NCBI GenBank assembly: GCA_965645245.1
Contig: OZ287070.1
Span: 2,604,001 to 2,668,000 of the forward strand
Origin: Massalongia carnosa
Taxonomy: Eukaryota
Direction: 5' to 3'
Length of the DNA: 64,000 bases
Shown: piece by piece, positions 1 to 11,544 of the stretch
Layout of the letters: the number at the start of each line of letters is the position of its first letter
Position numbering within the stretch: position 1 is the stretch's first letter
Position numbers and translations under genes: made by a program
Notes under the pieces: model-generated
The model's database searches: none
Told to the model about the DNA's origin: nothing
What the model saw: the letters and a program-made list of their open reading frames with translations, nothing else

Positions 1-1613
1 AACGATCAAAATGGAGGAGACCAACAAAGCAACGATGATCGCCCTAACTCCCAAGAATTATCATCTATGGATTAGGGAATTACAAGGAATATCCAAGAAA
101 GCGAAGGTATGGCAATATGTGGACCCCAATAGTTCAAAACCGGAGCCCGAAGAGGGAGAATATCCGGAAGTTTCACAATATCAAGTCCCTATTCAAGCAC
201 AGCCAGCAGGTGGAATTGCTTACCCCATTATAGAAGGTGGAGTTGTAATAGCCACGAAATCGGCTGAGAAATACGGCGATTTATCGGCTGAGCAAAAGGA
301 GGACTATAAAATGGAGATATCAGCCTATAAGATGAAGGAAAAACAGGTGGAGAAGGTCGCCCAAGGACTCAGAATAGTGGACAATGCACTAAAGAGCTCC
401 GCACGAGCATACATCCCCCCCAATAAGATGGCTTCATCGGTTAGGGAAATAGTGAAAATTCTGGCTGCAAGATATAAGCGGTCAGATGACCAAGTCATAG
501 AGCAATTGCATGAGCAATTTCTAGCCCTAAAAACCCCGCCCATTAAAGGTAAAATAGAGGCATGGGTAGCTGATTGGGAGAATATTAAGGGACAAATTGT
601 TGAGCTCAATGTAACGGGCCTATTTGGCTCCGAGACTATATTCATCAATGAATTTCTCCAATCAGGGAAGAAATGGGCTCCCAATTTCTGTGAAAACTGG
701 GTAATGCAGCATAGGGCTGCTAAGATGACGGTTGAATTTTACGAGACAACCAGGGAATATCGTTTAGCCGTGGAATCATTCCTGAATGAGGCACAATCAA
801 CGTCTAGAAATCAAGCTAATGCAGCCTCGCTGCAGGGGCAAATGCAAGACGAAAATAAAGGTCCGGGGCCTAGCCAATCAAGTCAATGGAATGGCCAATC
901 AAAAGAGGCCAGATTCAAGGATACAAAGTGCGTATGTGGGAAAATACACCTGTTCAGGCTATGCCCATATATCGTCAAATCAGCTCGGCCCCCTGCATGG
1001 AAGGAAGATAAAACCGTACGCAATGAAATACGTCAGAAAATTCAGTCAAACATTCGGTTTTTCATGGCCATTAAGAAGGTCATCGACACCAACATACTAG
1101 ATGGAATAACTGAGGAGTCAGTCAAAAAGAGCTCCCAAAAAGCAGAGAATGATCAACATAATCAGGGCAATCACATTGAATTGCCTAGTCAATCCTTCTC
1201 GTTTGCGAACGTTACATCTAGGGCAAATAACCCCTTGCATAAAAGCGTCATCTTTGACTCTGGATGCGATAACCCTCTGACCTATGATAAATCACGGTTT
1301 ATAGGAGAGATAACCCCAACTTCGTCAGACATGTGGGTGGACACCCCCGACGGGGAGATGAAAATCCATGGTCATGGCACAATGAGGGTAAATGGCCTAT
1401 TGAATGGCCAGAAAAGGAAGCTATTATTCGAAGGAACAGCTTATATTCCTGATTCATCAGTGACGTTGGTTTCGGCCAATAAGTTGAAAAAAAGAGGCTT
1501 TTTCTGGGATATGTTCACTGATACCCTTATAGTTAAGGAGACAGGGCAACAAATATGTGAAATAAAGGAGCACTATGGGCTCTCAATCATAGAATATAAC
1601 CCTGAATCCATAG

Positions 1614-1799
1614 TGTTGAACCTAGTGAGGTTCGTGAATAGAGGTGAACTCTTGATAATATGAATGTCTAGAAGGAAAGCTCTATCTCAGTAGCTAATAT
1701 TACATTATGTGCGGCGAGCTAGCCCACACTAGGCCTAATAAGGCCATGCTATCCCTCAGGCCCCTGAGCCACCACCTAAGATCATCACTTAGTTTCACA
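1614..1799 (-). repeat. Copia B 3' LTR
   Basis: Identical to 6815-7000; TG..CA ends. Confidence 0.98.
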
Positions 1800-1887
1800 C
1801 ACCCCTTCAGCTTCTATGCGATCAGTGTAGAAGTTGATTTCTGATCCTATTTGCTGAGTTCTGATGCTATCGTGAAGTTTGATGCTT

Positions 1888-4800
1888 TCAAGGCCCTTCC
1901 TTTTTAGGCCCTTCCTGAGACGGCTGTTTAGGCCCTTCTGCCTTGACTAGTCCTAGTAGGTTGATGAATTCTTTGTGCCGCTGAATGGGTAGGGCCTTAG
2001 TGAACCCATCGGCCAAAATCTGAGCTGATGGCACCCAGTTGATAGAGATCCTCTTATTGATCACTTCTTGCCGTAGCCAATGTGAATGAATATCCACATG
2101 CCTTAGCTTAGTCGAGAATCGGGGGTTTTCTGATATTAGGGCTCTGATAGTTTGACGGTTATCACATTGAATGGTGAGATCATTTCCTAGGTCAAATTCA
2201 ATCAACTCAAACAGACGGGACCACCATATAGTCTCTTTCGCGGTCTGAGAAATAGCCAGCAATTCAGCCTCAGTTGACGATAGCGTAACCGTCTTCTGTT
2301 TGTTGGCCTTCCAGTCTATTAGGCCTCCGAATAGCTTCATTGCGTAGCCCTGCGAGCTGTACCTAGTCTGCAGGTCGTCTGCAAAACTGGAGTCGCTGCT
2401 CACTATCAGGACTTCTTTTGGTATGACTTCTCTTGGTATGATTATGCGACCGTCGAACATGATTGATAAGGTCCTTGTTGAAACGAGGTAACCAATCACC
2501 CTATTCACCAACTCGATGTGTCTGGGTGAGGGGTTGTTTAAATGTTCTGATAATTTGGAGGCCGAATTTGCTATATCAGGCCTTGTAATAACCGCAGGGA
2601 AATTGACGTGCCCTACTTTCGTTTGGTATTGAAATATGTCTTGTGCAGTGGCGATGCCGTTGAATTTGGGAATATCTTCAACTGGTAGCGGCGAGGCCTT
2701 TGCATTGACCCCGGTGATGTTGAACTTTGCACCTATTTTGTCGATATAACTGTCCTGGCATAGCCACAGTTTCCTTGAGGCCCTATCCCTAGTGACCCGT
2801 ATGCCCAAGAACCACTCAATTTCACCTAAGGCCTTCATTTCATATTTGTTAAAGAGTTTTGCTTCGAAAGCATCAACGTATGCCGAGTAGCGTTTATCAT
2901 AGATGACGCATATGTCATCTACGAAGAAAAACACTATCATATAGCTGTTGGTGTAAATGCATTCGACCCCAGGGAGAGGTTCTAGCCCTAGCTCTATTAG
3001 AGTGCTTGATAAATCGTTGTGCCATAGTGCTGGTGACTGTTTTAGCCCGTATAGGGCCCGGAGAAGACGTAATATAACGTTCGAATTGCCAGTCCATCCT
3101 GGTGGAAGCCTACAGTATGTTGTTTCGTTGATTAGTGAATTAGCAAATGCATTCACTGCATCGTACTGCCTCGTATTTAGGTCAAATGATGCGACGAGGG
3201 CCATCAGGAATCGAAACAGGCGTGCAGCTAATGTGGCTGCATACGTATCGAAATTCGTATGTTGAAGGTCCCCTCTAGCCACCAAACGCGCCTTATGTTT
3301 AACAAGCCAGCCGTCCTCATCAAATTTATACTTGTAGACCCACATGGTAGGAACTGATTGCTTGTGTATGGCCTCATCCTTAGCCACCTCTTCCCACGTA
3401 CCTTTGCGTTGTAATTCCTTTATCTCCACCCGCATTGCCTCTTTGAACGCCTCGCAGTATGGGTGCCTAGCTAGTTCCTTGAACCCTTTCGGCGCGGCTG
3501 GCATATTGTCTCGATGTGGACGAGTATGAGGTCGCTCCGAGGATGAGGCTATCCTGGTCGTAAATGCTAAAGCTGGACGATAGGCCGAACCTATGGTGAG
3601 GGCTGCAAATGAGGCGTGAAAAGGGTCTGTTGATCCTTGACCAACTTCCTCCAACTGTGTTGCGTACACATTTTGACGCGTGGTTCTTTGCCGTTTTGAC
3701 CCTTCAGGTAAGATGTGGTCGTCGTCTAGGTCTGCTGAAATCGTTTGAGCCTGTGGTGCTATGTCCCTTGACCTCAATGGCCTCATAGCACGTGCACGCC
3801 TCATTATCGGTGGGAGACCTGTAGCATCATCACCATCACCCCCCAGTGTGCTTGGTGAGGGACTAAGGGACGGTGTAGGTGTAGGAAGGATGTTTGGTGC
3901 TGTGTCATGAGGCCTCTTTCTAGATGGCCCATCAAGTCCTATACCGGGCTTTTCCGTTATAACAGGCTTTTCCGCGATAGCAGGTGAATTTGCAAATAAT
4001 TCGTCAAAGGTGCTACGATGTTTTTCGTCCTCAGCATCTAACTCAGCTAGTGCATTTCGCATGCGATCAGTAATGATGTAGGGTGCATTATCTCCGGTGG
4101 TAGAGAGGAAATGCAACAGGTCTGGTGGGTCAACAAGGCTATGGACCTCGTCCTCATCGAAAAGGACGTCCCTTGATCGTATGATTTTGCGCCTTGATGG
4201 TATCCAAATTCTGAAGATGTTTGTTGAATCATAGCCTACCAAATATCCTATATGGGCCCTAGGTTCCAGTTTTTGCTTCCTTGGTATGTGATGTTTCAAC
4301 GCGTAGGCCTTACATCCGTAGACCTTCAAATGTGATAAATTAGGCTTTTGGCCGGTGACTAGTTCGTAAGGCGTCTTCCAGTTATGTTTCGCCATAGGTG
4401 TGCGATTTGCTAAATAGCAAGCAGTGTGAATAGCCTCAACCCACAGGTAGTGAGGCAACTCGGCCTCTATCCGCAATGCCCTTGCCTTTATAGCCAACAT
4501 CTTGCCTTTGCGTTCCGCATGCCCGTTCTGTTCAGGCGTATCAGGACTACTAGGTTCCAAGGTGATTCCTAGGCCTTTGATTTCATCTCTGAAAGCGGTG
4601 TTAAAAGAACCCTCGTTGTCAGAACGTATGAACACGACGTCGCGTTTAAACCTCCGTTTTATCATAGCGATCGTATTCAAAATGAACTCTCTGCAGTCAG
4701 ACTTGCTGCGATGAGTCTCTAAAATGTTGAAGTCAGTAGCCATACAGGCTATGTGGGTCGCCCATTCGTGCCCATTTAATGACGTCTCGAAAAGCATCAG

Positions 4801-6654
4801 GTCTATAGATATACGATGAAAAGGCTCCGTTTTATCTTCTGATTTGTTGGTGGATCGAGAGATTATTCGTTGACTTTTGGTCAACGCACACGTCTCGCAT
4901 TGATTTGTTTTAGGGACTTCCGACTCCAGGACTTTTATTCCCTCTGTTGATTTCTCCAAGTGGCTGATTGTTTCACCAGATGGGTGACCCATTATCCTAT
5001 GCCATTCCTCTGCAGCCTTGCTCCGTATAGCCTCAGTCGCGTAGGCCGAAGGATTGGTTGCTGTTGATTCAGGTTCCGGCTCAATTTTCGCAACCCCCTC
5101 TGGAAATGGATGTGGGAGTCCTGTGGCCGAGAAAGTAAGGTATGATCCATGGCGATGGAGGCAAAATCCGACTTTAGTAGGGTCGTCGCCGGTGAACAAA
5201 TGAGGTCCTCTGGAATTTAGGCTTACGTTCTTGCTTTCTAAAAGAGCACCTGAAACAATACTCGTCATAAAATTTGCTGCATAGGCCACGTTTTGAAGAG
5301 ATGCTCCATAGAGTCCATTAGGTGTCTCAAAGGCGGTGTGCATCACCCCCCAGCTTTCGATTCTGACCTTGTCAGTTCCTGATTGCAGATACTCATCGCT
5401 ATGTGAGTCCCTGATTTTCTTATAGAGGTGGGCCGACCACCTATTGCAAATGTGCACTGATGAGGCCGCGTCATGAATTAGCAGAGTCTCCATGCCAGAA
5501 ATGTCTGTTGCAAATGCAGAATTATCAGTCGTGACGAATGCACCACCACCTTCAGTCCTTGATGCAATTGTAGGAGTGTTGGCTGTTTCAGACGATGAAG
5601 ATGCCTTTGACTTTTCGGCCTGACGTTTCAGAAAGCCCTCGACCCTTTCTTTCGTTTCTTTATTTTTTAATGCCTCATCGACCTTTTTCCTTTTCTCTGG
5701 GTCTTCCTTCCATCCTAGTGGTGCTTTGCTAGGAACGAGGTAGGGACAATTGGAATAAAACATCTTATCACCACAGAGGCACATGGGCCCCCTCCCTTCC
5801 CTGCATTTATTATCCTTGTCCTTCCCTTCCTGATGTCTGCCTTTGAGCGTAAGTTTTGCCTGAGTTGCTAGGGCGGCTGGGTTTCTTAATGCTAAGGTCT
5901 GATTTTCGCGATAATCCTCTCGCAGGCTCTCTATCTCCTGTTCCATGGTGAATTGTTGTTGTTGACGGCCTAGGCCTAGAATTGGGTTCTCGGCCATGCT
6001 TTGGTTCTGTATCTCGATGTTCTTACGAAATCCCCGTCGATTGCTAGCATAATAAGGGTTGAAGGTCTTGACAGCTAGCAAAAAATCGCGGATGGCCCTT
6101 TCGCCAGTGATCTCGAAAATCTTTCGCCTTTTGGCCTCATGATACATATCTATCCACTCATCTAGCCAAGCTTCTATGTTCTGATTTCCAGGTCCTTTGG
6201 CCAGACGATGGAACTTCCTTTCCACTTCGAGAGAAAGGCTTGCGCTAGAAGGTTTAAGCCGTTGTTTCAGAGCTATGAGGGTGTCGTATGGGTCCTGTTC
6301 CGTATAGGCCGTATGATTCACCATCCGTGCTGAAACTGACTCGAGAATAAGGGTATGCACCCTGGTCAATGCTTTGTCCTGCTTTTCATACAAATCCTTT
6401 TCCTCGTCGTAATATAATTTGTTCATCTTCCATACTTCTAAATCAGCACTGCTTATCCGCCCAGTTTCCTCATTAACGGTGGCTTTTGCCGGAAGAGCTG
6501 GCATTTGAAGCCTTGCCGGTCTTTCTGGCAAATCTGGGTCAACCAGCTTCCAGGTCTCGCCGTTGACGGATTTCCTGATGTAAGAAAGCCACCCAACCCA
6601 ATCCTTGGGGTCGTTAAGGATGAGCCTATGCTTGTTGTCAAAAGAAGCAGCCAT
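1888..6654 (-). CDS. Copia B gag-pol polyprotein (about 1588 aa from the first ATG)
   Basis: Uninterrupted ORF in Copia order: gag, protease-like (LIHDAAS), integrase (WHRIMGH..CETC, SIDL/SDNEG/AER), RT (KARLVARG, FFVDD), RNase H (SDSSF, TEAE, CDN, ADGFTK). Confidence 0.95.
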   Translation of the reverse strand: MAASFDNKHRLILNDPKDWVGWLSYIRKSVNGETWKLVDPDLPERPARLQMPALPAKATVNEETGRISSADLEVWKMNKLYYDEEKDLYEKQDKALTRVHTLILESVSARMVNHTAYTEQDPYDTLIALKQRLKPSSASLSLEVERKFHRLAKGPGNQNIEAWLDEWIDMYHEAKRRKIFEITGERAIRDFLLAVKTFNPYYASNRRGFRKNIEIQNQSMAENPILGLGRQQQQFTMEQEIESLREDYRENQTLALRNPAALATQAKLTLKGRHQEGKDKDNKCREGRGPMCLCGDKMFYSNCPYLVPSKAPLGWKEDPEKRKKVDEALKNKETKERVEGFLKRQAEKSKASSSSETANTPTIASRTEGGGAFVTTDNSAFATDISGMETLLIHDAASSVHICNRWSAHLYKKIRDSHSDEYLQSGTDKVRIESWGVMHTAFETPNGLYGASLQNVAYAANFMTSIVSGALLESKNVSLNSRGPHLFTGDDPTKVGFCLHRHGSYLTFSATGLPHPFPEGVAKIEPEPESTATNPSAYATEAIRSKAAEEWHRIMGHPSGETISHLEKSTEGIKVLESEVPKTNQCETCALTKSQRIISRSTNKSEDKTEPFHRISIDLMLFETSLNGHEWATHIACMATDFNILETHRSKSDCREFILNTIAMIKRRFKRDVVFIRSDNEGSFNTAFRDEIKGLGITLEPSSPDTPEQNGHAERKGKMLAIKARALRIEAELPHYLWVEAIHTACYLANRTPMAKHNWKTPYELVTGQKPNLSHLKVYGCKAYALKHHIPRKQKLEPRAHIGYLVGYDSTNIFRIWIPSRRKIIRSRDVLFDEDEVHSLVDPPDLLHFLSTTGDNAPYIITDRMRNALAELDAEDEKHRSTFDELFANSPAIAEKPVITEKPGIGLDGPSRKRPHDTAPNILPTPTPSLSPSPSTLGGDGDDATGLPPIMRRARAMRPLRSRDIAPQAQTISADLDDDHILPEGSKRQRTTRQNVYATQLEEVGQGSTDPFHASFAALTIGSAYRPALAFTTRIASSSERPHTRPHRDNMPAAPKGFKELARHPYCEAFKEAMRVEIKELQRKGTWEEVAKDEAIHKQSVPTMWVYKYKFDEDGWLVKHKARLVARGDLQHTNFDTYAATLAARLFRFLMALVASFDLNTRQYDAVNAFANSLINETTYCRLPPGWTGNSNVILRLLRALYGLKQSPALWHNDLSSTLIELGLEPLPGVECIYTNSYMIVFFFVDDICVIYDKRYSAYVDAFEAKLFNKYEMKALGEIEWFLGIRVTRDRASRKLWLCQDSYIDKIGAKFNITGVNAKASPLPVEDIPKFNGIATAQDIFQYQTKVGHVNFPAVITRPDIANSASKLSEHLNNPSPRHIELVNRVIGYLVSTRTLSIMFDGRIIIPREVIPKEVLIVSSDSSFADDLQTRYSSQGYAMKLFGGLIDWKANKQKTVTLSSTEAELLAISQTAKETIWWSRLFELIEFDLGNDLTIQCDNRQTIRALISENPRFSTKLRHVDIHSHWLRQEVINKRISINWVPSAQILADGFTKALPIQRHKEFINLLGLVKAEGPKQPSQEGPKKEGP

Positions 6655-6814
6655 TGCTAAAATAATGGCTGTTAAAAATGGAGGTTTTCGCTGTTTAAAA
6701 CTCAGGCCAAGTCCTAACCTTAGGACAAATCGTGGCAATGTTAAACGTGGCTAATGGCGTCTCCAGAATTTAATAGAAAGATGAATTGATTGCAGATCAA
6801 TCCGGGCTCATAAC

Positions 6815-7000
6815 TGTTGAACCTAGTGAGGTTCGTGAATAGAGGTGAACTCTTGATAATATGAATGTCTAGAAGGAAAGCTCTATCTCAGTAGCTAATA
6901 TTACATTATGTGCGGCGAGCTAGCCCACACTAGGCCTAATAAGGCCATGCTATCCCTCAGGCCCCTGAGCCACCACCTAAGATCATCACTTAGTTTCACA
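6815..7000 (-). repeat. Copia B 5' LTR
   Basis: Identical to 1614-1799; followed on the minus strand by the PBS. Confidence 0.98.
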
Positions 7001-10000
7001 CATAGATATAGGGTTTGCTAACTCAGTGCAGCCACGCGATACGTCAAAAGCAACTCCATGGAAATGGCATCTTCGCCTCGGTCATTGCCGGCCAGAGGTG
7101 ATTGACCAGCTAAAGAAGATCGATGAGGTGACAGTTTCAAAAGGCGTAGGGGGTGAAAACGCACCTAGGACCATTCAATGCGAAACGTGTGCAGTCTCCA
7201 AAATGCATAGAGTCATCAATAAAGCTCCGTCAGGGCGTGCCATCAAGCCATATCAGGTGCTTCATTTTGACCTAACCATCAATGATAAGGGGTTCGATGG
7301 AACGAGCTGTATAGCTCATTTTACGGATGAATTTACCTCATATGTATGGGTTTTCCATTGAATGATCATAAGGAAAAGACTCTATTGCCCATCTTCAAAA
7401 GCTTGATCAATCAATGCGATAGAGCTGGCATTTCCATTAATTCAATGGTAACCACGATTCGCACGGGGCAAGAAACATCAATAGGAAAAGCCCTAGAAGC
7501 ATGGATCAGTCAGCAAGGCATAGAATGGTCATGGTCAGCAAAGAATACCCCTGAGCAAAATGGCGTTTCGGAGCGTTTCGGAGCCCTATTAACTGAAAAA
7601 GCTCGATGCATCAGGGAATATGCAAAAATGCCAGAAGACCTGTATCCGGAGTGCTATTTAGCTGCAGCCCATCTGATGAATCGAACCCCTAATAAAGCTC
7701 TGGAATGGGACTCCCCATTGGTCAAATTGCAGAAACTGACCAATCCGGGTCAATCAGTCAGATACGAGCTGGCTCATCTAAAAGTGTTTGGTTGCAAGGC
7801 GTATCCATTGCTAAAAGGGGCCGATGCTCCTCCCAAAAGCAACAAGTTGAAACCTAGGGCATTTGTTGGCTATTTGGTTGGCTATGATTCAACCAATATC
7901 TTCAGGATATGGAATCCAGAAAAGGGAGATGTCAGCGGTTATAGAGACGTCATATTCAACGAAGATGAGCTTTATAGCGCCTATACGTCGAATAAGGAGC
8001 TATTGCTAAAGGAGACTGAAAAAGCGAGCTTTATAGAGTTTCATGTAGTTGAACCACGCCCCGCATTTCAGGAGATAGATAGTGAGGAAGAAGAATGGCT
8101 AGACTTATCAGTCAATAAGCGTATAGAGCAATTGACCATAGAAGATAACTCACCTAGTCAGGACGAAATACAGGAGAAAATAACTCCCTCATCAAGGCCC
8201 ATGCAACTGGAAACGCCAATAGAAACACCTGAACCAGATATCAGCCCTAATGTCTCCATAGATAAAAGAAGGGCCAAATAGGTGAGGGCATCAACAATTG
8301 ACCCTCCACAACTCCCGCAAACGGGCCGAACGCCCCTCAATGTGACGGAAATAGAGCAATCATCAGGAAAAAGGAGCGATAGGATAAATGAGGCAAACGT
8401 TATAGAGGGAAAACGTACTAGGAAACCAAACCCTAGATACGCTGCAAATGGAGCTTGGTCAGCAGAAGAAATGTCGAAATTCCCTCAATTTCATACAGCG
8501 TTTATGGCGGGGACGGCGAGAATGACTAATCAGCTCCGAACTGATGATTTGCCCGACCCCCCATCTCATTGGCGAGCTCTGCTAAGGCATCCCTATGCAG
8601 AGGAGTTCATGAAAGCAGCTAACGTTGAATGGGAGGCACTTTTCCACAAAGAAATATGGGAAATAGTTGATCAAGATGAGGCTATACAGCCAATATTTCC
8701 CCTCAAATGGGTTTTCACCTATAAGACTGATTCGGACGGCTATTTGGCAAAGTTCAAAGCACGTCTAGTGGTTAGAGGTGACCTACAGCAAGATAATGCT
8801 CAAGATGTTTATGCAGCTACATTAGCCTTCAAGGTGTTTAGGGCATTAATGGCATTAGTTGCTGCATTCGGGCTGAAAACGAGGCAGTTGGACGCTATTA
8901 ACGCCTTTCTAAACGCTCACAATGACGAGCCTATTTACTGCTTTTTGCCTGATGGTTTTAAGCTTAGAAAGAAGGTGCTAAAAGTGAAAAAAGCGCTATA
9001 TGGTCAAAGAAAATCACCCCTTCTATGGCTACGAATGCTAATAGGCAAATGCATAGAACTAGGTTTAAAACAGGTGCCAGGCGAACCATGCCTATTCTAT
9101 ATGGAGGGAATCATACTATTCTTCTATGTGGACGACATAGTAATAGCGTATCGGCCCGAAAAAGAAGCCGAAGTCGAGGAATATGTGCAACGTTTCATGA
9201 AGATGATCGAAATACGGGATATGGGTCCATTAACCTATTTTCTAGGCGTACGGGTCATTCATAACATAGAAGAAAAGACGATCCACTTGATTCAGGACTC
9301 CTATATGAACAAACTAGCCAAGGAGTATGACATAGATGAAAAGTCGGAGGCTAAAACACCTCTAACGCCCATATTCAATGAAGAACTGGCGCCATATGAG
9401 GGGGAGGTGGATCCGGCCAGAATGCATCTATATAGGAAGAAAGTTGGATCAATATGCTACCCAGCTATTATGACTCGGCCAGATATAGCAAAATCAGCTT
9501 TAAAATTAGCTGAATATCTGACCAACCCGGGACCTAGTCATATGAGGGCTGCAGACCATTGCCTACGTTATCTATATGGGACGAAATATCTGGGAATCCA
9601 GTACTCGGCCAAAGGGGGCGGTGAAATCACTACTAAGGCAAATCATGGACCGGTTCCGGCTAATAAGCAGGTTTTTGAGGCAACGGCTGATGCATCCTAT
9701 GCAAATAACCCAGATAGGAAAAGCTCCGAGGGCTATACATTCAAGCTCTTCGGTGGGATGATTGACTGGGCCGCTAGGAAGCAACTGACCGTGACCACGT
9801 CAACCACTGAGGCCGAGTTATTGTCTATGCTTCATGCGGGTAAAGAGCTCATATGGTGGATACATCTATTTGAAAAGCTACAATTTAACCCGGATCAAGA
9901 TATAGTTATCTATAACGATAACCTACAGACAATTCGCATTTTAACCTCCGAAATGGGTAAAACTGACACTAAACTGAGGCATATAGACGTCGCCCAATGC

Positions 10001-10305
10001 TGGCTTAGGCAATCTGTGCAAAAGGGGGGAATTATGTGTTGACTATGTGCCGACCAATCAGATGGTCGCAGATGGTTTAACCAAGATCCTACCTCCTCAA
10101 AAGCATCAACATTTCGTCAAGCTATTAGGGCTAGTCAATGCCATGGACCTGGTCAACAATCAGAAGAAATTGGCCAATCAGAAGAAGGGAAATACGGCCA
10201 CAAATTGAATCGGCCAAAATCACTAGAAATCAAGGTAAAACATGGAAATTTTCACCTAATATAGGTTTTTCGGTCATGGCAGCTTTGGTCAAAGCTGGGG
10301 GGGTG

Positions 10306-10439
10306 TGTCAGGCGATTAGGGGTCACATGACCCGCCATGGGTCACATGACCCACGAACCCCTATGAGATATCCCTCAGTTAGCTAGCCTAGACCTCCCAT
10401 AGATCAATACACACCACTCCTTTTCACCCATATTCCACA
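10306..10439 (+). repeat. Probable 3' LTR of Copia A
   Basis: Starts TGTCAGG right after the PPT and has two GGGTCACATGACCC palindromes. The end at TTCCACA is inferred because the partner LTR is not in the window. Confidence 0.6.
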
Positions 10440-11003
10440 TTAGCCCATACAGCTTGATAGGTGAGGATAGTTAGCTAAGGGGTTTGGACGTACATCGGCC
10501 GTTTGCCCCATGGCCCAGGGGACAGGCCCCAAGGGCGACACGCGATGGTTGGTACAGCGATGGCATGAGGCCATCCAGACATTCTCGGAGTGGGAGTGTT
10601 GAGAATTGAGCCGAGATGTCTGCTTATTAATAAGAGCACTAACCGAATGCGGATCAGGCACTAAGGGTTATTTCGGCCGTGGCAACACATCACTAATCAT
10701 TCGAGATGTCATCCATCTGCCAGCTAAGGGAGGCAAAACGGAATATATTGTTAGATGGTGAGGCTACCATTGGTTAGATGGTCAGGCTACCATCAATATA
10801 GGCATCCATCGTGAGTCACACGGGTGTCTACCAGGCACCTATGGAGGTGCCTAACAGGCAGCTATGGGAGCCCTACAGCATTACTGCTGTGTGACTGCTA
10901 TAAAAGCAGGTAGATAGCCCACATAGATAATAACCCTCAATGACATGTATGCTTCTTATTTGCTCTACTTCCGTTTCATGATCAATAGCCTGGTGTTTCA
11001 ACA
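10440..11003 (+). repeat. LTR-like segment (remainder of another LTR, or a longer Copia A LTR)
   Basis: Non-coding, short direct repeats (GTTAGATGGT.AGGCTACCAT x2), TATAAAAG near 10899, ends TTTCAACA. Confidence 0.45.
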
Positions 11004-11544
11004 GCCTTGACGGTTTCTGTAGCACGGCATGATCATGATAATCAATGCCCGCTAAGTCTCGGTCGTCAAGGCAAAATTGAAGATTTCTGCGTAGAATTGT
11101 TTTTTGTTGTTCGAAACGAATCGATCATCATTTACATAGTCGTTTTGTTCAAAACACGAATTATTAGTCTTCGCTCAATCATGATTTTACATTTTTTACG
11201 TTTCATCCAAACGACTCTCGTGTTGTTTTTATTTAGGGTCGGGATACGGGCACACCCTATTAGCTACCTTAACACCCTACTTTGCTACCTTCACACCCTA
11301 CTTGGATAAAGTCACACCCCCGAAAAAGTAACCGCAAAAGGAAAAGTTTCCGCCCCTTTCCCGAGTAGGGTAAGCGGTGCGAAATTCTGTCGCCTGAGAT
11401 GGGGAAGGAAGAAATTCCATGTTTTCGAACCTCAGGAATCGGAGTCGATTGGCACCATGTTGGCTATTCGCACCTTGATTTCAAGCTACTAAACTTAAAG
11501 CAGACTAGCTACCTCATTTCCTGCCTGATCTATCGCTGCTTCAT

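Larger units (their letters stand above)
1614..7000 (-). mobile_element. Full-length Ty1/Copia LTR retrotransposon B, nested antisense in Copia A
   Basis: Two identical 186-bp TG..CA LTRs (1614-1799, 6815-7000), 5-bp TSD CATAG (1609-1613, 7001-7005), PBS GTTATGAGCCC next to the 5' LTR, PPT GAAGGGGTG next to the 3' LTR. Confidence 0.98.
1..10439 (+). mobile_element. Degenerate Ty1/Copia LTR retrotransposon A (5' LTR outside window), split by nested Copia B
   Basis: gag-PR (CVCGKIH, IFDSG) 11-1613 rejoins in frame at 7006 once the insert and one CATAG are removed (..NPESIDIGFANSVQPRD..). Integrase WHLRLGH..CETC, RT FYVDD, RNase H ADASY/TEAE. Frameshifts near 7350 and 10025, in-frame TAG at 8279. 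G-rich PPT at 10291-10305. Confidence 0.93.

Noticed and set aside
1614..1663. C-terminus of the 550-aa ORF at 11-1663 as a true gag end
   Set aside because: It is read-through into the inserted Copia B LTR; the real frame resumes at 7006.
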